Assembly (NCBI GenBank): GCA_964016885.1
Contig: OZ024741.1
Coordinates: forward strand, 394,320,001 to 394,384,000
Origin: Eledone cirrhosa
Taxonomy: Eukaryota
DNA: 64,000 bases
Direction: 5' to 3'
Shown here: positions 12,711-25,887 of the stretch, in pieces
Layout of the letters: each line of letters opens with the position of its first letter
How positions within the stretch are numbered: position 1 is the first letter of the stretch
Position numbers and translations under genes: made by a program
The notes under the pieces: model-generated
The model's input: the letters and a program-made list of their open reading frames with translations, nothing else
Told to the model about the DNA's origin: nothing
Database searches by the model: none

Positions 12711-15700
12711 ATGGCTGGTTTACGAGTTGGAACCGTGAATGTGCGTGGCCTAGGGATGCCCTGGAAACAGGGCCAACTTTTAAACGACCTTAGGTCACAC
12801 AGTATGGATGTGATAGCCATCACCGAGTCCAGAATCCACAACAGGCAGCAACTAACCCCCATCTTCGACGACTTTGAGATCTACGCATCTCTCTGTCAGC
12901 CAGGAGGTGGAGGTGGAGTGGCTGTTATGTTTCGGAAGAACCTGGACGTCGGAGTACAGCAAGTACACTTGGACCCGGAGGGTAGACTGGTAGTCCTAGA
13001 CGTGAACAGTATCGGAGGTGGAGCCTTCAGACTGGTGGCCGTTTATGCCCCGACCGGGCAATCGCAATCACGGCCAGACTTCTTTAAGCGTCTAGAGTCT
13101 TTTCTGGGAACGTCTCGCTCCTTACTTTTAGTGGGGGACTGGAATGGTATCCTAGATGCACGATGGGACTATGTGGGAGCATGTCCCAGTAGAGCGGGGT
13201 GCAACAGCCTCAAAACTTTAATCGGCCAATTCCAACTGGCCGATAGGTATCGACTGGATTTCCCGACTGCACCACAGTGGACGTGGGTAAACCGCAGTGG
13301 GACATCTAGATCGTATTTAGATAGGTTCTTCATTAGAGAAAGGGACAAGGATATGTTAAGCTGTCTACGAATGCACATGGTTGCCTATTCAGATCACAAG
13401 TTAGTCGTCTGCTTCGTCAACCGTGATAGAATACATAGACAGGGTCCCGGATACTGGAAGCTGAATGTGTCGTTGCCGGCACGTAAAGCTTACAGTGAAC
13501 GGATAAGTAAACTAGTCAAGCAACAGTTAACGGGAGCCATCGTCAACAATAGATGGTGGTACTCTCTCAAGAAAGCAATTAGAATAGAATCGATAGGGTA
13601 TAGCAGAGAGTTAGCCTTAGAGAAAAACAGAATAGAAAGAGAACTAGTAGCCAAGGTAGAGGAGGCACTTAGAAGTGGCAACGCGGCTAGAGTGTTAGCG
13701 TCGAGAACGGCACTGGACCAGTTCTTCGATGCGAAACACGAAGGCTGCGTGGTCAGAAGCAAAACACGTGCTCTAGGAAACGAAGGAGCGAAAGCTGTCA
13801 GCTGGGCCCGAGTGGCGGAGGCAAAAAGTGGCAACAAGTCCACGATTCGGTCTTTGAAAGACCAAAACGGACGCGTGCTACTTGACCCCAAGCAAATGTG
13901 CGCGGCCTTTCAGCGGCACTTTGCGCGACTGTTTGAGCAGAACGACGGTGAGCCGAACGGGGCAATGGACTTTAGTTCATACCTCGACGGCCTGCCGAGT
14001 CTCTCGAACACGGACGCCGAGTTCTGCGAAAGACCGATCACGGACACTGAGATACGGGACGCTCTGGGCCGCTGCGGGAAACGCAAGTCACCCGGTCTAG
14101 ATGGTCTACCCTACGAATTTTACATAGGCATGCCGGACTTGTTCTCTGGCGTCCTCGAAGCCGTCTACTGCAATTGGCAGCAGAACGGGAGAATTCCCAG
14201 TTCTGCAGGCAAGGGCGTAGTAACGCTGATCAGGAAAGACGAGAACAAGGGGGACGAAATTAACAACTTCAGGCCCATAACTCTGCTCAACACAGAGTTA
14301 AAGATTTTGGCCAAGGTGCTAGCGACGAGGTTGGCGCTTGTCGTCGAGAACCTGGTAGGGAAAGTGCAAACGTGTGCAATCCCGACCAGGTCCATACACG
14401 ACAACCTCCACCTCATGCGATACATCATAGAGAGGGTGGGTAGTAAACCCGGCTTCGGTGGGGCTCTGATCAACTTGGATCAGTCTAAGGCATTCGATAG
14501 GGTCGACCATCGATACTTGGAAGCGGTTCTCAAGGCGGCCGGTTTCGGTCCCGTGTTCAGAGGATGGATCGAGGCGATGCACACCAGCATCTGCTCGAGG
14601 GTCAAGGTGAACGGCTACCTATCGGAGCCGTTCGCAATCACGCGTTCCATTCGACAGGGATGCCCTCTCTCCTCCATTCTGTATGTATTGACTCTAGAGC
14701 CACTACTGCGGAAATTGGAGCTGTTGCAGGGCATCCCCTTAGAACCGGGACTGCGCAAAGCGGCGTCGGCTTATGCCGACGACGTGACAGTAATGGTGTC
14801 GAGCACCTCGGAAATCGGGGTGATCGGCAACATACTGAAAGAATACGAAACGCTGACGGGAGCAAAACTAAACCCAGACAAGTCTGTCGGTTTGCAACTC
14901 GGTACGTGGAGAGGCAAACCGATGACATCCGACAGCGTCGTTGGACGCTGGACGGACGGACCGGTGAAATTGCTCGGGGTCTGGTTCGGTCCAGACCTCC
15001 AGGTGGAGAAAAACTGGAACGAGGTCACGGCCAAGGTGTTTGCACTCACTCAGAAGTGGGCAGAGTGCAAACTGTCCTTGAAAGGTCGAGCGGAGGTGGC
15101 GAACACTTTCATAGCGTCCGTCATCTACTACCGCTTGACTGTCGTGCCTTGTCCCCGTGAACACCTCGCCAAGATGGAACGCATGCTCTTCCAGTTTCTG
15201 TGGAAGAAGCAGGCTCCGCTGGTGAGGAGATCCGTCTGCTGTCAGCACCCTTCCAACGGAGGGCTGGGAATGCCGTGGCTGATGATGCGCAAACATGCGC
15301 TGAGGCTGCGGCATCTCCAGGTATTCCTCACCGACCCCCAACCGGTGTGGGAACCGTTTGTGAGACAGGCTTTCCCACAGCTCGTCTCGCTAACGGAGCT
15401 GCAGTCCTGGGTGAAGAAAAGACCGAAAACGATGGGCGCCTGGCACATTGAATGCGCTCAGGCGCTCACAGTCCTCTGGCAAGCGGGCGCAGCAATCAGT
15501 GGATACTCCACTTCGACATTCTATAGAGGGATTGTACGTTACAAGGGCGACGACGTGCTCGGAGAGACTCTGGGCGTCGAAGACGATGAGCTCACCAGTA
15601 TGTTTGGTAGGACTTTCCGCCCGGGACCTATGGACAACTTCCAGCGGTCCCTGGCCTGGCAGTGCTACCGAGGAGCTCTACCGGTTCGTGACAAAATCTA

Positions 15701-16157
15701 CAGGCACGGACGCCCTGGCAGGGATCCTTCCAAGAGGACGTGTCCAAGATGTGCGCAGGACATTGAAACAGTTCTGCACGCAATTGTACACTGCCCGGGC
15801 GTAAGCGACCTGTGGAACTATGCAGAACAACTGCTGTCGCGTATGGGACAAATACAGTTGACTGCCGAATCCATAGTAAGGATCAAACCGCCAGACTCTT
15901 TCAAAAACGAAAGAGAGGCGGTTTTCCTCTGTACGGTGGCTATGGTGAAAGAAGTTATATGGTGGACGAGGTTGAGAGGACTGAGGACAGATGCCTTTCT
16001 CTCCGGACAACAATTGATTCCATTCTTTAAGTATCACTTTAGAAGGAGAATCAGGGTGGAGAGAGAGGCACTGCACCCCAGTAAATTTACTGAAAGGTGG
16101 GTGAATGAAGCGAAAATGGCCCGAGTGATTGGGCCTTCTCTGTTTATAAGCCTGTAG
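12711..16157 (+). CDS. Intact LINE ORF2 polyprotein (APE endonuclease, reverse transcriptase, CCHC), Tx1-like, 1148 aa
   Basis: APE motifs VNVRG, ITES, VYAP, GDWN, YLDRF, SDHK. RT motifs KSPGLDG, FRPITLLN, DQSKAFD, RQGCPLS, YADD. C-terminal CPRC..ETVLHAIVHC. Confidence 0.97.
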   Translation: MAGLRVGTVNVRGLGMPWKQGQLLNDLRSHSMDVIAITESRIHNRQQLTPIFDDFEIYASLCQPGGGGGVAVMFRKNLDVGVQQVHLDPEGRLVVLDVNSIGGGAFRLVAVYAPTGQSQSRPDFFKRLESFLGTSRSLLLVGDWNGILDARWDYVGACPSRAGCNSLKTLIGQFQLADRYRLDFPTAPQWTWVNRSGTSRSYLDRFFIRERDKDMLSCLRMHMVAYSDHKLVVCFVNRDRIHRQGPGYWKLNVSLPARKAYSERISKLVKQQLTGAIVNNRWWYSLKKAIRIESIGYSRELALEKNRIERELVAKVEEALRSGNAARVLASRTALDQFFDAKHEGCVVRSKTRALGNEGAKAVSWARVAEAKSGNKSTIRSLKDQNGRVLLDPKQMCAAFQRHFARLFEQNDGEPNGAMDFSSYLDGLPSLSNTDAEFCERPITDTEIRDALGRCGKRKSPGLDGLPYEFYIGMPDLFSGVLEAVYCNWQQNGRIPSSAGKGVVTLIRKDENKGDEINNFRPITLLNTELKILAKVLATRLALVVENLVGKVQTCAIPTRSIHDNLHLMRYIIERVGSKPGFGGALINLDQSKAFDRVDHRYLEAVLKAAGFGPVFRGWIEAMHTSICSRVKVNGYLSEPFAITRSIRQGCPLSSILYVLTLEPLLRKLELLQGIPLEPGLRKAASAYADDVTVMVSSTSEIGVIGNILKEYETLTGAKLNPDKSVGLQLGTWRGKPMTSDSVVGRWTDGPVKLLGVWFGPDLQVEKNWNEVTAKVFALTQKWAECKLSLKGRAEVANTFIASVIYYRLTVVPCPREHLAKMERMLFQFLWKKQAPLVRRSVCCQHPSNGGLGMPWLMMRKHALRLRHLQVFLTDPQPVWEPFVRQAFPQLVSLTELQSWVKKRPKTMGAWHIECAQALTVLWQAGAAISGYSTSTFYRGIVRYKGDDVLGETLGVEDDELTSMFGRTFRPGPMDNFQRSLAWQCYRGALPVRDKIYRHGRPGRDPSKRTCPRCAQDIETVLHAIVHCPGVSDLWNYAEQLLSRMGQIQLTAESIVRIKPPDSFKNEREAVFLCTVAMVKEVIWWTRLRGLRTDAFLSGQQLIPFFKYHFRRRIRVEREALHPSKFTERWVNEAKMARVIGPSLFISL

Positions 16158-16581
16158 GTTGAAGAAGAGAGCAAAAGGAAGAAAGAAGCACTTGCACAAC
16201 ACGCCCCTTGAGTTGAGGGTTGTTCTATCGACGGGGTATTAAACAACCCATTTGTGGCGCCTCCCCCCTATTGGGGATTTCGATTGTTGAAATTGTTTGT
16301 TTTTATATTTTTTTACACGACTGTATGTAAAATCCCCGGCATGTCTTTGTATTGTCCCCTTTCTTGTTGCGCCCTTGTGGCTAATAAAGAAATCAATATT
16401 ATGAATAGCGAGACGGTTCTAATGACTGACTCGTTACGTACGTGTTTTTCTCTTCTCGTTTTTGTCCGTCCTTCCTCTTCTCACTCTTTATCCTTCTATT
16501 CCACCTTTTATCTGTAACTAATGTATTTCTTCAATGTACTGTGTCGTTTGCTTTCTTATTTTTGTTTACTTTTACACACAC

Positions 16582-16648
<67 letters not shown>

Positions 16649-16653
16649 CATAT

Positions 16654-17857
16654 ATATAAGATCAAAAGATGGTTAAAAGAGTTCCAAGTATTTTATTATG
16701 CGCATTTCAAAAACAAATATCATCATCAGATAAAATAGGGAGACATGATATGAAGCTTAAAAAACACTTGTGAGCAGTGAAGTTTTAAATCAACATATGA
16801 AAAATAAACTAAGATGGATGTATGAGATTGGGAAAAAGTGAGAGGGGTAGGAAAAAGGTAAGGAAGAGGAAGAAATAAGAGTAAAGGATGGTGGGGGAGG
16901 AGTATAAGAAGGAAGGATGAGAGAGGAGGAGAGATGGGTGATAGAGAGAGAGAGAGAGAGAGAGAGGTAGCCTTTACAACTGAGAAAATATTGTCTCACA
17001 GAGAGAAATTAAAAAACCGTTGGAAGATAATAGATAATTTAAAAGATTTTGAAATTAAAAGTTAATGAGGTTTATGCATGAAGAAAAAGGAATTAAGAAT
17101 AGTATTAAACTAAGGTTTGTATATTGAAGGGTTTAATAATATGTGCGAAAAAAAAGAATTGATTAATATGTATTATTAAAATAAAAATATTAAGGATATT
17201 AAGGATATAATGTGAAAGAAGGAGAAGAATAAATGAGTTATGAACTTAGAGGAATTAGTTAGGGTTTAAGTTTGTTTTTATGTATTGTAATATGTAAACG
17301 TAAATAGTAGGAAGGAGAGAAGAAAAAAGAAAGTTTAAGGAAGAAAATATCTAACGTCAAAAAGTATATATGTTTACGAAAAATGTTCTAATGGTAATAT
17401 TATAATATATTAAAAAAGAAATTAGTTAGGGTTTAAGTTTGTTTTTATGTATTGTAATATGTAAAAGTAAAAGTAAATAGTAGGTTTAAAACGAGCATGG
17501 AAGGAGAGAAGAAAGAAGAAAAATTTAAGGAAGAAAAAAAAAATATCTAACGTCAAAAATTTTACATGTTTACGAAAATCTTCTAATGGTAATATTATAA
17601 TGTATTAAAAAAATATAGTTTTAATGGCCAATAATATGAGGAAAGATGGGAAAATGGATAATGCTGTAGTGAGTAATAATATGTCTCCCTATTTTATCTG
17701 ATGAGAACGCAGATATCATCCCATGATGATATTTTTGGAACTCTTTTAACCATCTTTTGATCTTATATTATTTATACTCCAGTCCTACAAACTGTAGAGT
17801 GCTACTTATCCGATATTTGCATTGCTTTATTATGCTACAATAAAACTCACCTCCTAC
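16654..17857. mobile_element. PLE-like 3'-end fragment with inverted termini and tail, flanked by (TA)n
   Basis: 16654-16747 is inverted at 17681-17766. Minus-strand HHR at 16689-16737 reads TATTTTAT-CTGATGA...GAAA-TGCGCA-TA-ATAAAATA (8-bp stem I, weak stem II). Confidence 0.7.
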
Positions 17858-17895
<38 letters not shown>

Positions 17896-17899
17896 TTTT

Positions 17900-18466
17900 T
17901 TTTTTTTTAATTTATTTAGATTTGTTGGTTTACCACTGGATAGAACTGGTCATTCCGTATGATCAACCTCGATGTAATATTATGGAGAGCACTCAACGTA
18001 ATGCAACTCACCCGTCTTCGTTTGTGTAGTTGGTGGTGCGAGTACGGAGTTAATTATTATAAAATAACAGGAGGCTGGACTGGTGTAATTCGTTGAAAGG
18101 TTTATTATACTATGATCATTTTAATGAACGGGTTCAGTATGAACCCGGTGACATCATCAGGTATTCAAAATATAACAAAGGAATACAATAGACAAACTCC
18201 ATGGGGCTGAAAATCAGAGACATGAGGTCGACCGAACATTTAGCAGCTTCTACCCCCTGAGGGCGGCCGATCGGAGTAGAAGCTATTAAATGTTCGGTCG
18301 CCCTCATGTCTCTGATTTTCAGCCCCATGGATTTTGTCTATTATATTCCTTTATTATATTTTGAATACCTGATGATGTCACCGGATTCATACTGAACCCG
18401 GTCATTAAAATGATCATAGTATAATAAACCTTTCAAGGAATTACATCAGTCCAGCCTCCTGTTATT

Positions 18467-18473
<7 letters not shown>
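17900..18473. mobile_element. Fold-back element (about 200-bp arms, 18056-18473) with an HHR-like motif in each arm
   Basis: Arms are near-perfect reverse complements around 18255-18275. ATAC-CTGATGA...AAAA-TGATCA-TA-GTAT at 18365-18422 has GAAA mutated. An intact relative lies at 60793-60850. Confidence 0.8.
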
Positions 18474-18501
<28 letters not shown>

Positions 18502-18507
<6 letters not shown>

Positions 18508-19353
18508 TAATAAAATAATGAATAAACAAAGAAACAGTTCCTTATATTAAAAAAATTTCATCATTTTACGATCGTTTCTAGGATATATATGTGTTAGAGT
18601 TGGTATGCATATTCTATAGATCTATGTACAATATTTATACAAACTATCAGAGGGAATATACATACCTACACATATATATGCTGTCTTCAGAAATAATGAT
18701 ATTTGTTTATTGAAAAAAACAAAGATTCAATACAATAGGTCTGTTTGGGAACAGGTTTTGAATTGACCAATCAGGAGATAGTGAGGGTCAAGATAGTAAT
18801 ATAGTAGTAGAAGAACCTTAAATTATGGGTAGAGGAAGGTAGATTTCAGTTTTGGATGGAAAAGAATATTATGAATGAAGGATTATTTTAGGGAAGAAAT
18901 AGGTCTTATGCTGACCTCAGAAATAATTTTATTTGTTCATTGAATAAAACCAACAAAGATCTAATATATTCTGTCTGTTTGGTAAGAGGTTTAGAATTAA
19001 CCAATAGAAAGTTAATAATTGGCCAAATGGTAAAATAGTAGTAATTGAAGCTTATTTTAGGGGTGAAAGTATGTCAGGTGGTCAGTAAAAGGTATACAAG
19101 CAGTTGCTGTTATAAAATAGTAATGCCAATACAAATATCTAAGGTGACCAAGGTTTTAAGATAAGAATATTAGTGAAAAAAAATACATCTATGAAAAGAA
19201 TATAAAATTAATTTAATTGATGGGTATATTTATATTGATCAAATTATACTAATACATATAGATATGATAAATAAGAGTTAGATGCAGTTGAAAAGTGCTG
19301 TTAAAGATGAGGGGAAATTAAAAGAATATAAAAATAATATATATATATATATA

Positions 19354-19413
<60 letters not shown>

Positions 19414-19510
19414 CATATACGCATACACACACATATACATATATATATATACACTTATATATATATATATATATATATGTACATATATATACACATACAC
19501 ACACACACAT

Positions 19511-19576
<66 letters not shown>

Positions 19577-20837
19577 ATGCATATATACATACATACACAT
19601 ATATATACACACACATACACACTTATATATACATATAATTATTGGGCGGGGGGGAATTAAATTTATTATTGAGAAATAGTAAATATATATAGTTTTCAAG
19701 GAACATAGAGTCATAACCTGAATTTAAAGCATTATATATGTTTACTTAATGGTATCAGTTTTAGGAAATGATATTTGTAAGAAGGAAAGCAAAATTATGT
19801 AGTTCATCAGTAGTAGAATATTAATTATAGGTTAACTAAATTAAAAATAGTTTATATATTAATTTCTAAAGTGTATATTAATTAGGTTTATAATATTTAA
19901 AGCAGAATTATGTAGTTCATCAGTAGTAGAATATTAATTATAGGTTAACTAAATTAAAAATAATTTATATATTAATTTCTAAAGTGTATATTAATTAGGT
20001 TTATAATATTTAAAGGTTTTTCTCAGTTTATGATTACACGATATTATTAATTCCTGTCGCTTATTTAATAGGATATCCTTAGATTTCATTATTTCGAAAA
20101 GTTCTTGGGAACATAATCTACATTCATTTCTACTATTTTGATAAGGGGTGGCCCTTTTGAGCACACTCCAGGTCAGGTCATATTCTATATTCCTCTTTCT
20201 ATAACTATTAATTATTTCAGCTAGAGATGTTGTATTAGCTAGTGCGGCATTTTAAAAACTACCGTTAGTTTTAAAAATGCCGCACTAGCTAATACAACAT
20301 CTCTAGCTGAAATAATTAATAGTTATAGAAAGAGGAATATAGAATATGACCTGACCTGGAGTGTGCTCAAAAGGGCCACCCCTTATCAAAATAGTAGAAA
20401 TGAATGTAGATTATGTTCCCAAGAACTTTTCGAAATAATGAAATCTAAGGATATCCTATTAAATAAGCGACAGGAATTAATAATATCGTGTAATCATAAA
20501 CTGAGAAAAACCTTTAAATATTATAAACCTAATTAATATACACTTTAGAAATTAATATATAAATTATTTTTAATTTAGTTAACCTATAATTAATATTCTA
20601 CTACTGATGAACTACATAATTTTGCTTTCCTTCTTACAAATATCATTTCCTAAAACTGATACCATTAAGTAAACATATATAATGCTTTAACTTCAGGTTA
20701 TGACTCTATGTTCCTTGAAAACTATATATATTTACTATTTCTCAATAATAAATTTAATTCCCCTCCCCCAATAATTATATGTATATATAAGTGTGTATGT
20801 GTGTGTATATATATGTGTATGTATGTATATATGCATG

Positions 20838-20910
<73 letters not shown>

Positions 20911-21991
20911 ATGTCTATATATATGTACATATATATATATATATATAAGTGTATATATATATATATGTGTGTATGTGTATATGTATGTATATATATATAT
21001 ATATAAGTATATATATATATATATTATTTTTATATTCTTTTAATTTCCCCTCATCTTTAACAGCACTTTTCAACTGCATCTAACTCTTATTTATCATATC
21101 TATATGTATTAGTATAATTTTATCAATATAAATATACCCATCAATTAAATTAATTTTATATTCTTTTCATAGATGTATTTTTTTTCACTAACATTCTTAT
21201 CTTAAAACCTTGGTCACCTTAGATATTTGTATTGGCATTACTATTTTATAACAGCAACTGCTTGTATACTTTTTACTGACCACCTGACCTACTTTCACCC
21301 CTAAAATAAGCTTCAATTACTACTATTTTACCATTTGGCCAATTATTAACTTTCTATTGGTTAATTCTAAACCTCTTACCAAACAGACAGAATATATTAG
21401 ATCTTTGTTGGTTTTATTCAATGAACAAATAAAATTATTTCTGAGGTCAGCATAAGACCTATTTCTTCCCTAAAATAATCCTTCATTCATAATATTCTTT
21501 TCCATCCAAAACTGAAATCTACCTTCCTCTACCCATAATTTAAGGTTCTTCTACTACTATATTACTATCTTGACCCTCACTATCTCCTGATTGGTCAATT
21601 CAAAACCTGTTCCCAAACAGACCTATTCTATTGAATCTTTGTTTTTTTCAATAAACAAATATCATTATTTCTGAAGACAGCATATATATGTGTAGGTATG
21701 TATATTCCCTCTGATAGTTTGTATAAATATTGTACATAGATCTATAGAATATGCATACCAACTCTAACACATATATATCCTAGAAACGATCGTAAAATGA
21801 TGAAATTTTTTTAATATAAGGAACTGTTTCTTTGTTTATTCATTATTTTATTAATTTATCTTGACTCTGTTTTCCGTTTATTTTTCACCGAAAGTAGTTT
21901 TTGAATGCATCTTCTCTTTTCATGATATCCGGATTACATTGAGTTCTTCATACGGATTGGACACTATCGTAAACTTTTGGTAGATTTATCT
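18502..21991. mobile_element. Penelope-like element 3' region as a 3.4-kb palindrome plus tail
   Basis: 18502-20261 mirrors 20266-21859. The centre encodes the C-terminal end of a GIY-YIG domain (LTWSVLKRATPY, ECRLCSQELFEIMKS, LLNKRQEL). Same family as 44430-47951. Confidence 0.88.
21662..21803 (+). ncRNA. Type I hammerhead motif with about 105-nt stem II domain (mirror copy at 18558-18699 minus; relative at 47633-47766)
   Basis: TCATTATTT-CTGAAGA-[nested hairpin]-GAAA-CGATCG-TA-AAATGATGA with a 9-bp stem I. Confidence 0.75.
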
Positions 21992-22009
21992 ACATATATA
22001 CATATATAT

Positions 22010-22068
<59 letters not shown>

Positions 22069-22210
22069 GAGAGAGACTGTATATATATATATTTGGCCAA
22101 CTGTATATGACATGCTTGATGATTTCATATGAATGAAACAGTTCTAGTCCTGTAAAAGTAATTTCTCTCTGTCTGTCTGTCTCTCTCTCTTTCTCTTTCT
22201 CTCTCTCTCT

Positions 22211-22303
<93 letters not shown>

Positions 22304-22304
22304 C

Positions 22305-23335
22305 ACTAGAATCTCTAACCTATCTTCTAATAAAAGAATCTTTGACAGAGCGGCACCCTATTACAATGCGGAATTAGCTAACAGCGGCTTCTCACGATCA
22401 ATTGCTTACTCTCCTCTTAACGTCAACTGCGATACAAAAAGAAATTGTGATAATAGAAAAATAATTTGGTTCCCCCCTCCTTTTCACTCAACATTAAAAC
22501 TAATATCGATAAAAGATTTTTAGATCCCTAGGAAACTAGAATACTCCTGTGGTAAGAATATGAAGGCCCACATCGACAACAGCCCTAAGAGCAGCACCCC
22601 ACCAGGATGCTCTTGCCGAAGGCCTGAAGCTTGTCCCCTTCAACAACAGTGCAACACATCTGCTGTAATTTACGAAGCTGTAGTCACTTCTGACCAAATC
22701 AACAACAAGAGGTTAAATACCATGTAGGTATAGCGGAGGGCCGGTTTTAAGAACGCTTCCTTGAACTATCTGTCGACATTCAGACTCTCAGACAAACGAT
22801 CGTCCACGAAACTCGCAAGCCACATATGGTCCCTCAGGGACGCAGGCCTGGATTCAATGGAAAGTTATTACTAAATCTAAGTCATACGGAAATGGGTGTC
22901 CGACTTGTGGGCTGTGCATTGAAGAAAGAATCAATATTCTGATGAAATGGCGTAATAACGCTTGTCAAAATATAAGGAATGAATTTTTCTCGCGTTGTCC
23001 ACACGTTTCGAAACACCTATTACGTAATTTCAAAGCTCCAGACTGACTATCCGATGTAATTACTGGACTGAATAACATGAATAATCTATTATATTCTGAG
23101 TTTTCAAGCCGTCTCACTAATATCGATCTAACGTGAGTTGCTCCCCTTTGGGAAGTGTCTTCTTCTGCACATGCGTATTCGTACAATTGTTTTTCCTTTT
23201 CGTATAATCTCATTCAAACGGACCTGATGATCCGACTAAGGTGAAACACTTGTGTTGTAGAACTACTTCTACGAAACTCGTCCCATACATTGGGTGCTCT
23301 ACTACTACGGATATAACCATATAACCCACCAGTAT
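22305..23335 (+). mobile_element. Decayed Penelope-like element 3' part (thumb/linker, GIY-YIG) with HHR motif at 23222-23258
   Basis: Remnants RKIIWFPPPF, CSCRRPEACPLQQQC..VIYEA, STKLASHIWSL, CGLCIEE, RNEFFSRCPH. CTGATGA-tCC gactaa GG-t-GAAA-CAC tt GTG-TT. Confidence 0.8.
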
Positions 23336-23339
23336 GTAT

Positions 23340-24630
23340 TGTGAAGAAACAGGGGCTGTGTAGTTGCTGGATAAAGTGTATTTATAAATAAGAGGAAGGC
23401 ACGAACGGGGGACGATTCCTTTCATCAGTTGTTTGCTGGATATCACGGACATTTCTATGCATTAAAGACAATATATCTAGCTCCAGTGGGTCAATAACTA
23501 AAGGAAGTTATTGGGGAAAAGGGAGAGAAAGAAAAAAATATAACAGACGGGGGAAAAAACGAAAAAAAAACGAAAAAAAAACGAAAAAAACATACCGAAG
23601 AGGGAAACACGAGAAGCACGTGTGGTAGCAACCGAAGAGAAAGAAAGGCTGTCAATATCAGCTTCTGGACTTAAGAACGAGGCTCTGTAGATGGTGAAGC
23701 AGGGAGCGGGAAAAAAACAGGTCTGACCTGCGCAAGAATAGATGAACAAGAGGCAGGGGCGAGAGAAACAGCGGAAGTAGCGGGGTAGCTAGCAGAGAGA
23801 AGGAGAGTAAAGGTGAGAGGGAGAACGGGAGAGAAAGAAAGAAAGGGGGGAGAGTTAATAGTAACAAAGTAGAAAGGGAGAAAGAGAGAACAGGTCACAG
23901 CAGAACTTAATAATAATTTTGTGAAGAAACAGAGGCTGTGTAGTTGTTGGATAAAGTGTATTTATAAATGAGAGGAAGGCACGACCGGGGAAGTTTCCCT
24001 TCATCAGTTGTCTGCTGGAGATCGCGGACATTTCTACGCATATTGTCTTTAATGCGTAGAAGTGTCCGTGATCTCCATATATTTGTATATACAATGGATT
24101 TGATGTTGCATTTGCCTTGCAAAGGACATTCACCCGAGTTTCTGCATGAACATCCTGAGATTCCTCTGTCAGTTTTTCCGGAGGTGATTTTCATTTTTAT
24201 GGAAGGACTGCAAGAATAGCTAATGTTGACACAGTTTCTATTAAAAATGTTTTTATATTTATGGTGATGGGGGAAATGTTTATCTACTAATTCAAGGAAC
24301 TTTCTACCTACATTAGTTTTGAGTGCTAAAGAGAAGGGTGGTGTGAACCAGGTTATTTTTATTTTCCTATTATTATGTTTAGAAGGGTTACAGGGGTTAG
24401 ACATATATTTAATTTGTTCAGTGAATCCGCTATTTTTAAGGGCCTTATTATAGTAAGGGGCTGCTTTATTAGTTATGTCTTTAGAAGAAGAGAGGGTGGA
24501 TATCCTACGGCTAATATTAGAGATGAGGTTTTTAAATACTATGGGAGGGTGTCATGATTGTTTATTTATATATTTTAGATTCTCATTAGGTTTATGGCAA
24601 GGTTTAAAGGAAGCAGTGAGTAAGTCAAGG
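23340..24630 (-). mobile_element. Decayed Penelope-like element fragment with duplicated terminal repeat
   Basis: WFTPPFS..KTNVGRKFLELVDKHFP..IFNRN..SYSC and CSCRNSGECPLQGKC. 23340-23466 is repeated directly at 23920-24053. Confidence 0.82.
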
Positions 24631-24661
24631 TTTATATATATATATATAATATATATATATA

Positions 24662-24709
<48 letters not shown>

Positions 24710-24849
24710 TAGTCATGATAATAATAAATGTAAAGACTAAAACCTGAAGAGGGCTCGATAAGGATAATAACTATATAAATAAGTTTCAGAAGATCCCGTT
24801 AAGAGTGAAAGCATCGATTCTTTGCTTAAAATTTAATCTATTGTTTTAA

Positions 24850-25887
<1,038 letters not shown>

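Larger units (their letters stand above)
10566..16391 (+). mobile_element. Full-length Tx1/L1-clade LINE copy D with 16-bp target-site duplication
   Basis: TSD ATCAATATTATGAATA at 10550-10565 and 16392-16407. Two ORFs. 3' end GCCCTTGTGGCTAATAAAGAA. Confidence 0.95.

Noticed and set aside
14564-15804. Overlapping and antisense ORFs inside LINE ORF2, and similar ones in Gypsy pol and RepHel
   Set aside because: Shadow frames of GC-richer coding DNA with no recognisable motifs.
19282-19714. ORFs rich in YI/CV/SL/HT repeats here and at many other sites
   Set aside because: These are translations of (TA)n, (CA)n and (GA)n microsatellites.
23985-24010. CTGATGA boxes at 24007(-), 23428(-), 28566(-), 17698 and 62197 as ribozymes
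   Set aside because: Stem II, the GAAA box or stem III is missing or collapsed, so these are at best remnants.
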